A stretch of DNA of 64,000 nt from Thalia democratica. Lineage: Eukaryota. Where the stretch lies: contig OZ241832.1 in NCBI GenBank assembly GCA_965202585.1, positions 37,758,001-37,822,000 on the forward strand. Direction: 5' to 3'. This document shows, piece after piece, positions 11,227-22,257 of the stretch. The notes under the pieces are model-generated. The model was not told the origin of the DNA. It saw only the letters and a list, made by a program, of their open reading frames with translations, and did not search any database. Made by a program: the position numbers and the translations under genes. Within the stretch, counting starts at the first letter, position 1; each line of letters begins with the position of its first letter.

Positions 11227-13361
11227 GATGAATCGTTGTATCTTATATATTTTACTACCCGCCTAGAGATTGTGAGTGGTAAGCTAAACACTTTTTTATT
11301 GTAAAAACAAGCATTTTAAAATCACAGGCTAGAATTTAGAGTTTTCAATATACTAAAAATTCAAATACTCTTATATTACTTTGTTACACTTATTAAAGGA
11401 AATTTAATAAAAATTTCAAAATAATTAAAAATAGGATTTTTTTTTAAATTATCAAATATCATAATTATAAAAGTCATCCGAGACCATTACTGACTCAAAA
11501 ATATAACTTTAGTTTATAAGCATGCATATGTTTACATTACTCCATACATAATGGATATTAACGAACTATTATAGACACATAAACAAATTTAGATTAACTA
11601 TAAAATTTGTATTTTATGTTTTTCTAATTGAATTCTACAAAAATACTCCGGTGTGAGTTTATGGTAAAAATTTTTTATATATTACTCTCTCCCTAAATTA
11701 CTCAAATATTTTTAACTTATATGTAATTTTGACACAAAACTTTAAGTATTAATTTTCAAAAATAAAAATTTGTTAAAAACTTTTGGTTATCTGTAACATT
11801 TTGTAAAAGTTTAAACACTTATTGTCTTTGTCAGTTAAAAAAAATACAAACTAAATGACAACTAAAGAACGCACCATTGTAACTAAAACCTTGTCTAAAT
11901 GAAAGGTAAACTTTTTGTGTACTTAAAAAAAATTGAGGCTTTCCACCTGTTTAAAATAAAAGCTTTTAAAGTTTTAAAACTAACTTAAGTTAAAGTACGT
12001 GTTTAAAACTTGCAAAACAGCAGTACAACATTTTCGTTTTATACCAAGTTCTTAATTGGTTAATAAAAAATATTTTAGTAATTCAAGTGTGTAAACAACT
12101 AAAGTATAGAAGCTTGAACTAATTCTGACCTTTTAACTCAATTAAGCTTATTTTTGTCAAACTATGAAAGTTGTTTTGTAATAAAAACAAACTACTGCTA
12201 GAAAATATTTTTATGAGAGTAAATCAGTGATAGTATAACTTTTTTTACAGCTTAATTTTTAAATTAGTGATTTTGAAAGTTTTTGATAATTGCAGACAAA
12301 AGTAATAAACATATTTTTTTATCAATTATAATTATTTTGAAGGACTAAATTGAGTTTACTAGTCTCATAAATGTCGTTTTATAAACTATAAATATAATTT
12401 GAGATTGCAAAAAAAAATGTCTTTATACTTTTATCAAATAACCATTTTTGCACAACTAAATAAAGCTAATCATTAAAAAACACCACATCAAAAAGTACAA
12501 AAAAAAGATTACTAAAGAACTTTTTATAAAAGTTATCAAACAAAAATTATGAGTCTTACAAGGTCAAAAAACAAAGGATCCTTATTAATAAAAAAGTTTT
12601 TGAAGCATTTTAGTTCTGGGTAAAACGGATAATTTAATTTTCCAGATAACTATATAAAATATTAGAAATTTTTATTAAACTCATGAATGCATTGTGTATT
12701 ATAAGGCATAAAAGTCAAAATTTTTGTTACTGTATTTATTTAAAGATTTTTTTAATTAATAATTAAATAATTGTCCACGGATCTATATGATATCTAAAAG
12801 GGGAATTCTAGTTTTAATGAAAGTAAAAGCATATCTTATCATCTTCAATATTTCAATTACGAAGTCTTTGTTTAATATTTAAAAATGCATAACTTTCTTA
12901 TTAACCATTTTACCATCGTTTATTTTATACTGAAGAAATGAATTGACAAGTATTATTTATCCCATGCAACAGCGCTCTAAATAGGCTTTTTTAACTCTGA
13001 TTTAATGTTAGTTGAAACTAAATAATCTATATCTTTTCATTATTGCACACAAATATAAAAAAACGGATGTGATTTTCCTTTTAGTTATCTTAGTTGTTGT
13101 TTGGTGTGAGTGGTTTTTTATTTTAAACAAATCTTCACAATGTTTTAGCTTAATTATAAAAATACCAATGTACTGAAGACTAATTTTACGAAGTTAAACA
13201 AAAACTTAATAAAAAAATATAAAATTCCCTGATATTTTTGGTTTACAAGAATGACAAACCAATTAATAAGAGTATTTTTCAGAACTTTATTACGTTACTT
13301 GTATAGTTATTTGTCTTAACTAAAAAAGATTGCTCAATTTACTGAAATGTAAAGAGCTTAT

Positions 13362-13476
13362 TTAAGGAAAGATATGCAAATTAAATATTTTATTTACAAC
13401 CGGGTTTCGGTCACAGTTTTTTTGTCACCGAAAGCCGGTTGTAAATAAAACATTTAATTTACACATCTTTATTTAA
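13362..13476. repeat. 115-bp fold-back palindrome
   Basis: 54-bp arms (13362-13415 and 13423-13476), 47/54 identical, 7-nt loop, TTAA at both outer ends. Confidence 0.85.
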
Positions 13477-13799
13477 TACGTTACTAATAAAAACTAGATT
13501 TGTTAAGTTTATTTTTAAACAAGCTAAGATTTTAAGTTATGAATTTAAATTTTAAAAAAATTGTAGTATGTAGCAATTAAGTTTTATACTTTATTCTTAA
13601 AGCATATATTTGTTATAAATGTTAAATGTTATTTAATATACTTTGTTTAGGAATGTCTAGCTAGCTAAAGTGGTTTGAAAATTTTGTTAAAACTTTATGT
13701 TTTCTTTTATATGAGTCATAATATTTTTTTAGAAATTTATTTAGATTCGCGTAAAAACATTTCGAATAGCTCTTAAAAACTACGTTAAGCTAAAAAAAA

Positions 13800-14290
13800 T
13801 ATGTTTTTTTATTAATTCACATTTCCAGGCGAAAACCAGTATACTGGTGAGACTATACGACAACTATTTGTAAGAACAAATAGAGCTTGTAACTCCAACT
13901 ATTAGTGCATTGTTTAAACGTGTTGAGAATTATGCATATTGTTAAAATTATAGTAACATTTACAATTATTTTAAAATTATAAAAACTTGTAATCACTATA
14001 ATAGTTTATTGTCTACAGCACCTCTATCAATTGAAAAAATCTAAACTGAGTTTAAATAATCAGCTTGGTTATGATAAAGGATCAAGAGTTACTATTAACA
14101 TATTTAAGTAATCTGTTTTGTCTTTGATTAGTTTTTTTGCTTAAACAGTTAAACAATCCGGTTTGTGTTGATTATTAATTGTCGATTTTTGATTAAGTAT
14201 TACTCTGCTTATGTTTTTTCAGCTAATTTTTGAGTATTTTATTTGTTTTTTTACAAGGGAGTAAGTAAACTCCGAAAGCTAGCTCAAATT
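13800..14290 (+). mobile_element. Decayed Penelope-like element 3' part: GIY-YIG endonuclease remnant plus partial hammerhead
   Basis: FPGENQYTGETIRQLFVRTN (13822 onward) resembles the PLE CxxCxxxYIGETxRxLxxRxxEH motif. KKSKLSLNNQLGYDKGSRVTINIFK* (to 14111) resembles the PLE C-terminal KPxLNxQ motif. These are followed by GGAGT-AAGTAA-ACTCC-GAAA-GCTAGC-TC (14258-14285). Confidence 0.55.
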
Positions 14291-15559
14291 GTAATAAAAT
14301 CTAATAATGAAAAAAAAGTTCTATCTTGCATTAGAATGGTACTTAATGACATTTAAAAGTCTTCCTGTACTTAATAAAAATGTTATTACTTCTAGAATGT
14401 CAGTAAAGTCAATTCTAAACCACATACTAACAGGGTAGTTTAATAAAAAAGAACATACTTGAGTACTAAAGTTACCTTAACCAAGTTTAAACAATATAAT
14501 TAGATCATGAACTCTAAATTCATTTAAGAATTATAATAAATAGTATCAAGTACTTAAAACATACTAAATCAGAAGGACCTATGACATTTGTTTGAAAATC
14601 AGAAGAGTTAATACTTTGCTCAACATTTATTAATACTTCTTGAACTACTTCAACTTTGTGATTAAACTAAGTTTTAAAGATCTTCTTATAAAAGATTTTT
14701 TACAAAAATATGTTGATTACGTATAAGATAAATTATAGAAGTTTTTTTTTTAAAATGATTTTTAATGAATTCTGTTTTAATTTAACCAGAATCAATTTTT
14801 GTAAAATTTAAAGTAGTTGCTAGGCTGTGCGTAGTTACTAATTATCACAAATCAGAAGATTTTAAGTAAAACAAACAGAAAACGTTCTTACTAAAGTACT
14901 ACATCAAAGCTTTTATATTAAGGTAAAAAACGGTACATCTTTGATAATTCATATAAAGTAGCTAGAATTTTAACAAAAAAGTATTTCAGTGATGTTCAAA
15001 CAAGCTTCAAGGTTAGAATACATTATTTTTTTTTATTGATTTGATTTTTACTTTCAGTAGTACTAAATTAAAACCAGCTTTGTATAGATTTATAACCTTT
15101 TGTTAAAAAAACCATCACAGAGAGTTTGCTTTTGAATAATAATAACTTTGATTATACGAAAAAGTTATTTATAGTTTATTTTATGCAATACAAAGACGAG
15201 ATACGGTTTTGTAACCGAAATAAATTTGAAAAAAACAATGATTGTTAGTTTTACGACCAAATAAGTTGAAGTCAGCGGATACTGATGGCTCAGTATCTGC
15301 ATGACCCGTTAACTTATTTTTATGTCTTAAGCCCTTCTTAGTCTTAATCATTCTAATAGTATAGTAATCACTTAAATAGTAGCTTAAACTAAAAACAACC
15401 GGTTATAATTTATACAGCACAGTTTAATCAACAATATTTAATAACAAATGTGATTTAAAAAATACGTATTAACTCAAGTAAAAATTATACAAAAAGTTGA
15501 TAAAGCTGAAGAATAATTTAATAATTTCTTCAATAAGCAACAAAGTTTAATCTATAATT

Positions 15560-15819
15560 TGGTACTTCTTTTAAAGTAACAAATTTACAAAAGTTTAAAC
15601 ACTCAACTGCAATCCACTAAAAGTTCCAATTCAATGTCATCAACAAGAGTTTATAAATAAAACTGACCGTTGCTACAACAAGAATAGCATTTTGTACTAA
15701 AAATTCGTCGTTAAGCAAACGTCATAGTGCTTTAATAAATTTAAACTTGTCAGTGTTTACAACTAGTTATTTTGTAAATTTATTAACTATTATCACAACG
15801 CAGGGCAGATAGCGTTACA
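15560..15819 (-). repeat. Downstream (3') LTR-like repeat, 260 bp
   Basis: Identical to 18167-18426; preceded on minus by AAAAAAGGATAAAAAGAAAGGAAAA. Confidence 0.85.
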
Positions 15820-16374
15820 TTTTCCTTTCTTTTTATCCTTTTTTGGCATTCTTGGCCAGGCTCCAATGATAAGCATCAAGGTCATGAGTAGACAGGAAAG
15901 AAAAATCGAACATACTGGTTTGCTAAACAACTACTGACGTAACTCATAAAACTGCTTCTTTTCTCTTGCAGCTGAAACAGGTTGCCCGCCTGCAACTCGT
16001 CACACTTCTCTAGACACTGCTGGTGATTTCAAAAATGTCACGAATCCATGACTTGTCAGTTTTTTTTTTTTTTTTTTTTTAGTACCAAATTAAAAATTAA
16101 CCACTTTTGAAGATATAAAAAAAAGAAAAATTAATTAAAAAGAAGAGAAAAACTTTATTAAATTTGTACAGGTATTTTAACCAAAAATAATATTTTAATT
16201 GCAACAACTAAAAAAAAATCAACTACTAATAAATCATTAAATAAACTAGTTACCAAAGAAATAAATAGAAAGAAAATAAAATTATAACCAGTTGTTTTCC
16301 ATTCACTACCCCTAAATATACATAAACGTTTAAAAGCAGTAAAAAAAAAAAAGATACTTACGCCGAATGAACGC

Positions 16375-18166
16375 TTAGAATTCATCTGAGCTAGATGCTT
16401 CGGCATAACTTATGGGGACTTCTCGTTCCCTTAAATTGTATGTTTTAGTTTCCTCACAAGTTGTAACTCTGGGAACATACGCTTTCACGTTCCTTATAGA
16501 AACCTTTACCAACCCAGAATTCTTTTGAATAATCATACTTTGCTCTGAACAAGAAAGCACTTTATATGGACCATGGTAGAGTGTGCTAAGTTTTCGCTTG
16601 TTTTGTCTCCTAAGCCAAACCCATTCGCATTCGAAAATCCCTGGTTCATAGTATGATTTATTATTGTGGCGCTTAAATTGCCTACCAATTTTAGCCATCA
16701 TATTCAAAAATACTTTAGTTTCTAGAGTGTTGGGTGTGGTGATAAAGTCAGTACCCTCAATTTTGTCGAACATTACTCTCCCCGAGAGATTCTGGGCCGT
16801 CCCTAGAGCATATTGAGCTGGGGTATAAGGTGAACCTTCAACGAAGGTATTGTTTAAAGCTGTCGTTATCAGAGGCAAATGCAAAGCCCAGTTTGTCTTA
16901 TCAGATAACGCGCGAAGTGCAACATTGATAGTCTTATGTTGCCTCTCGATGAAACCGTTAGATTGAGGGCTGTATGGGGATACCAAACGATGATCTATTC
17001 CTAACTGCTCGAACGCTTCGGTTAACACGGTGTTAACAAATTCACGACCGTTATCAGAAACAACAACTTGAGGGACCCCGAATGGACCCACCCAGCATTG
17101 AAAAAAAGCATTTCTGACAGTCAAAGCTTTCTTATCTGTGATCGGCATAGTTACAAGAAACCCTGTGGCTCGGTCTTTGGCAGTTAAAATATACTTATTA
17201 TTACAAGATGACTCATTTAAAGGACCGACAAGATCTATGTGAACGAACTGGAATCGTTCCGTATTGTCTGGAAAAAAACCAATTTTTGGACGATTATATC
17301 TTGTTACTTTGGTCGCTTGACATACCACACAGCTTTTGACCCAATGAGTCACATCTTTTATTAATGTAGGCCAGTAATAGTCTTTTGCAATAGACTCGAT
17401 TGTTTTATCAATTCCCAGGTGCAACCTATCATGGGCCACATTAAATGCTGTTAGGCGCATAGATTCGGGCAGAATGATTCGCTTATTATTTTCGTCTACC
17501 ACTACCGCTAAATTATCTGGTTGTAAATATTCGACCGTTTTCTTCATATTACGTGCGGTATCTACTAGCCCCGGTTCATTACATTGCAAGACCGCAATAA
17601 CTTCCCTATTTATCATATTTAAGCTAGTCGTATTTTCCCCGATCACTTCATTTAACGGACTACCTAAAATTTCCTCTTCACCGTCTAAATCACCGTAATC
17701 AGACTCGCTGTCTTCAGCCTCTGACTCAGACGTATAAACAAAATCAGAATCCTGGTTATACGCACGAACATGCATTGCCGACTGTGGGGGTCGGCTTAAA
17801 CTATCTGCTACTACATTATCATGGCCATCTATATGCCTTACTATTGGATTAAATTCCTTGATTGCGCATATCCAACGTTGTTCCGCTGGAGAATGATTAC
17901 CCATTTCGTTTTTAATGGCCCTTTCTACTGATTTACTATCAGTACGTATTATTAAGGATCTCCCCAATATTCTGCTTTGAAAGTGCTTAAGAGACAAATA
18001 CACCCCGCGAAGTTCCTTATAAAAAGTAGAACGTACTTGCTTAAATGGAGGGAGCTTTTTTGAAAAAAACGCAAGCGGTTGCATTCCCCCATTTCTCCCT
18101 TCTTGTTCCAGAACTGCGCCAACGTGGCTGTCGGAAGCGTCCGTGAAGAGAACTAGGGGTTTTGTG
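16375..18166 (-). CDS. Gypsy pol fragment: RNase H plus integrase, open frame, 5' truncated
   Basis: TKPLVLFTDASDSHVGAVLEQ...PLAFFSKKL...KELRGVYLSLKHF...TDSKS...NVVADSLSR (RNase H), then HDRLH...CVVCQ (zinc finger), HIDLVGP...SDNGREF...IERQH (DDE) and YHGPYKVL (GPY/F). Confidence 0.92.
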
Positions 18167-18426
18167 TGGTACTTCTTTTAAAGTAACAAATTTACAAAAG
18201 TTTAAACACTCAACTGCAATCCACTAAAAGTTCCAATTCAATGTCATCAACAAGAGTTTATAAATAAAACTGACCGTTGCTACAACAAGAATAGCATTTT
18301 GTACTAAAAATTCGTCGTTAAGCAAACGTCATAGTGCTTTAATAAATTTAAACTTGTCAGTGTTTACAACTAGTTATTTTGTAAATTTATTAACTATTAT
18401 CACAACGCAGGGCAGATAGCGTTACA
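18167..18426 (-). repeat. Upstream (5') LTR-like repeat, 260 bp
   Basis: Identical to 15560-15819; joined directly to RNase H codons with no PBS. Confidence 0.85.
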
Positions 18427-18861
18427 AAGTTACCTTGTTTGGTTTTATTACTTATATGCTTAAAGCTAAAGTTTACGACATTTTGAAAATTCAGTTTAGT
18501 AAAAAGTAGTTTGAGTGTACCTATAAATCATGTTTTAAGAAGTCATCCTAAACTTCTTGTAACTGAATAGACAGAGTAAAGTTTTGTACTTCGAAATTTA
18601 ATCTGAGAGCTGTGTACACAGAAAAAATAGAAATTAATAAGATGAAAAATTAAACTTAAATGAAACAAATTATACTCAACTTGTAGTCACATATAAAAAA
18701 AAAACGGTTTTGTTCACAACTGTATAATGTTTTATACTGTATTTAAATTTTAGCTTAAATCATTAAACAAGTAATGTTTTTTAAACAAATTTGTTAAATA
18801 CTGTTTAATTTACTCTAAAAAACACTTATTAAGTTTTCATTATTTTAACAGAGTTTTTAAC

Positions 18862-19426
18862 ATGTTTAAAAAGAACAAATCAGAGAAACCCATTGAAGCA
18901 GATCTACCAAAACTTTATCTGTCGAAGTCAAAATCAGTAGTAGCTGCTTTGTTGTGTGAAAAAAAAGAAACTGTGAGTTGGTAAGTTTCACTATAAACAT
19001 ACTTAGTTGTAAAACTGCTTTATGATTTTAGCAAAAGTACTTGAATTTGAAATTATAACACACAGGGTTTTTTTTTTTGACACGTTTTAATTTTGAATAT
19101 TGTACTTTTGAAATATCACTAAAAATATGTATGTCATGGTTACAATCTTCAAGTTAGTTTGTTCAACCTAACATTTAATTAAAAAAAAAATGTTTGAAAA
19201 CTCAATGGAAAAATAATTTACCAAAAGCGTCTCGGAAGAAGCGGCGTCGAGCCAGGAGTGCGAGTGCTCGGAGATGTACGAGGAGGCGGTGAGGAGGTGG
19301 GAGCAAATCGTGGAGGACGAAATCGAAATGGAGAAGATGAGCTTGAAGGAGCGGAGGCGGAGCGTCCACCTCGGCATCCTGTGCCCGCTCTTCCACGTAC
19401 ACGGCAACAACGCGACGAGATTTTGA
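18862..19426 (+). CDS. Predicted two-exon small protein, 105 aa, acidic helical C-half, unknown function
   Basis: Exons 18862-18980 and 19228-19426, TG|gtaagt..ccaaaag|C (phase 2). Protein: MFKKNKSEKPIEADLPKLYLSKSKSVVAALLCEKKETVSCVSEEAASSQECECSEMYEEAVRRWEQIVEDEIEMEKMSLKERRRSVHLGILCPLFHVHGNNATRF. Exon 2 has the strong GC3 coding bias seen in other genes here. Confidence 0.6.
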
Positions 19427-20445
19427 TTGAACAAAGTACAGCTGTTTGACGACGTTATTACGCAAAAAAAAAAATTGAATGAAAAACAGCACTTATAATA
19501 TATTAATAAAGAAGTTAAAGACTTTACTCAAATAAGTTATTTATTTCATAAATTGCCTTGACAAGTTATGTTTAAGGATTGATATAAAAAGTTTAGGTAC
19601 GTATATTTGCACTTAAACTTATAAAAGCATTTATATTAAATTGTTAAAGTGATTAAAGAAGCACCCTAGACAAGGTATTTTTAAAAATCAAAAAAAAGTT
19701 TAGGCAAGTACATTTGCAATTAAAAATTTTATTTTATTTTTTAGAAATATGAATAACTAGGTAGAGTAGAAGTTTTAGTTTTTGATAGTTTTAGGGTATC
19801 AAAAAAAAAATATATATCGATGTTTCTTTACTACGTTACTTAAACAAAGTATTTTAATTCAAACTAAAGTTTAAAAACATACTAATGTATTACATCTACC
19901 AGTAACTATAACACATTTAATAAAAAAAGGCTTAGCTTTGAAATTATATATTATAAATTTTAGTATTACTATACGGTTGTTTGTTTTTATGTACAACATT
20001 TTTTTCAAGTAAATATTAATAAGCTGATAAATTAAAAATATTTCAAACAAACTTAAATTCAAAAACACCACTTTTGAATAACCTATAGGGAATCAGAGAG
20101 ATATCATAAGTCATAAAATTATAAACAAATATATTTTTGATAGCACAAAGATGTCTTTGAAAACTTTTTAAACTATGTAGTTTAAAGTTTTAGAGTATTG
20201 TACACTTTTTACTTTTTTTAATGTATTTTTGCAACCACTATATTTAGTCATTGTCATATCTTCAAAAAACTTTTTCATAAAAACAGCTTAAAAAGTGAAA
20301 GTGTACTATATTCTAAAACTTTTAGTTCTATTAAAACTAATTGTACCTAAAATAAAATTGTAATGTAGTTATAAAACCCAAAATACAGTATATAAGTTAA
20401 AAAACTTATACTGAAAAACACTATAAAACAACAAGTTAAACATAT

Positions 20446-20548
20446 GTCATGCACAAGACGTTAAAAGGTATCCGTAGTGTGCGACTCGATAACCGAAAGT
20501 TTTTTTTCGTACACCAGGTCTAGAACCAAATATTTTGAGCGTTTTTTT
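20446..20548 (+). repeat. Family A repeat copy
   Basis: GTCATGCACAAGACGTTAAAAGGTATCCGTAGTGTGCGACTCGATAACCGAAAG...TTTTGAGCG aligns with the reverse complement of 11-114. Confidence 0.65.
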
Positions 20549-20804
20549 ATAGCTTTTTAAACTATAAAAACACAATAAAAAAATTTCACACTGTTTAGTT
20601 ATAATTAATTTTCCTTTAAAAAATAAATTTTCAAACCTGTGATTTGTGTTTTGTATTACGTATTTATTTATGTTTTGGTTAATTCAAGCTACCTTGAGAC
20701 TTTTAACAGTCTTGAACTTTTATAAACTCTGAGTTGACTCTTTTTTGATATTTATAATTCACCTTTGCCTCTATGCTCTGTAGCTTATATTTCACTTTTT
20801 TTGG

Positions 20805-22257
20805 TCAAGCGTTGCTTGCACTCAAGATTTCTTTTGAGCTTTTAATCTTTTCATTTTTTACGTCAAATTCGAGACAAACTTTACTAAATATAAAAAGTCG
20901 CAACTGGTACATCCCAAAGCTGATAACAGAACTCAGCGGCAGCAAAACAAACAGTATCAGAGAGTTCATGACAACTGCGAGCCCCGACGCGTTCTCCCAA
21001 TCCAAAAAGTTGTACACTAGTTTGTTTTCTTCAGTGAAGAACAAAACCAGCGTGAAAGCGCCGTACACTATCATAACGACTCCGCTGTAGACGAAATGGA
21101 GGATTCTGACCGGTTTCCTGGCGACGAACAGGTCGGCCACCATGATGACTGCCGCGACTCCGTGCTTGTGAATGTTCACGGCGTCGACGTCGCCGTCGAA
21201 AAGAAGGAGCCAGTAAATCACGACGATGATTATCGATGCGTTTAAGCTGAAAGAACCGGTGATGATGAAGAGCTTTTGGAGTGTTGTGTCTTTCCGCGCT
21301 GACACTGAAAGTATAAGTCAAGTTAAACTGTCATGAGTGTCTACTTTGTTTTTCGAACATAATTTTGTTATTAGATTTAAACATCAAATTAAATATAACT
21401 CTAAAGGAATATTATCTTAAAGTTATTTTATGCAACACTAAAAAAAGAGCATTCTGTATATCAAGCTTATAATAAAATAAATTAAATTGTTAAATGTCCA
21501 TTTAGCTTTTTATTAACTAGGTTAAACAAACTGCATCTTCGTTTAACTAATTATTTTAACATTTGGAAAATATTAGTGAATTTTTTTTTAACTAATTAAG
21601 AATAAAATCAAATTCTTAAAAAATCAAAGTTAGTTACCTTCGTGGCCTGGTTGAACGTTTTTAATTCTCAATAGTTATTTTAAAGTCACCAGCACCGAGA
21701 ATAAAAAATACAAAGAAATGAATACATTGTACCAATTAGTCAAATAGTGGTAGTAGCTTCTTTTATATTCCCTCAAAATCAAATCGGCAACGATCCACGA
21801 TAGTGTGTAAAAAAATAAAAATATCCTGTACGCTAAACTCCATCTAATATCATTCGACCACTAAAATTGCTTTGTGTGAAAATATTTGTACAATATGATT
21901 TAATCAAAGCTTTTTGACTCAAAATTGGCAACCAAATTTCTTTTAACTACAAAAACATTACTTACGATTTAAAATTTTGTTACTTATTTGTAGTATAAAT
22001 AAAGTCATATGTGGTAGAAATTTTTATAGCATACATATGGGACTATTTTTCAAAGAATTACTTTTATACGGTTAGCAAATAATAAAACTTTATTAAAACT
22101 TTTAGAAAGTTAGTTTAGAACTATTTATTATAAAACATTGATTTCAAAAGATACCGACTTGTAATAGGGAATAGTCTTCAATTCTGTCATATTCTAAACT
22201 AAACTTCTTCAATTTAAATTCATCCTTAAACACATTTTTACTTCTTTGAATACTCAT
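20805..22257 (-). pseudogene. Rolling stone-like multi-pass membrane protein gene (3 exons) with an in-frame TAA; null allele or young pseudogene
   Basis: Exons 22257-22159, 21860-21638 and 21304-20805, GT-AG, phases 0 and 1. Motifs FKDEFKLKKFSLEY..Q|W, LAYR, YLTNW, NIHKHG, P.RILHFVY and VYNFLDW. TAA at 21677-21675, with the same frame continuing to the donor. Confidence 0.75.

Larger units (their letters stand above)
15560..18426 (-). mobile_element. Internally truncated Ty3/Gypsy LTR retrotransposon-like unit (repeat-RNaseH-integrase-PPT-repeat)
   Basis: Direct repeats 15560-15819 and 18167-18426 (260 bp, identical by eye, TGTAAC...GTACCA on minus), purine tract at 15820-15844 abutting the downstream repeat, and a pol fragment between. 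Flanks AATT and AAGT match 3/4. Confidence 0.85.

Noticed and set aside
14330-15015. Exon-like open stretches (14330-14470, 14555-14665, 14925-15010)
   Set aside because: They lie on different strands and could not be joined into one frame; no domain was recognised.
15793-15885. 30-codon ORF MTLMLIIGAWPRMPKKDKKKGKCNAICPAL with a polybasic tract and CaaX-like end
   Set aside because: The lysines are simply the polypurine tract and the tail is the LTR start. It is too short, with a stop close upstream in frame.
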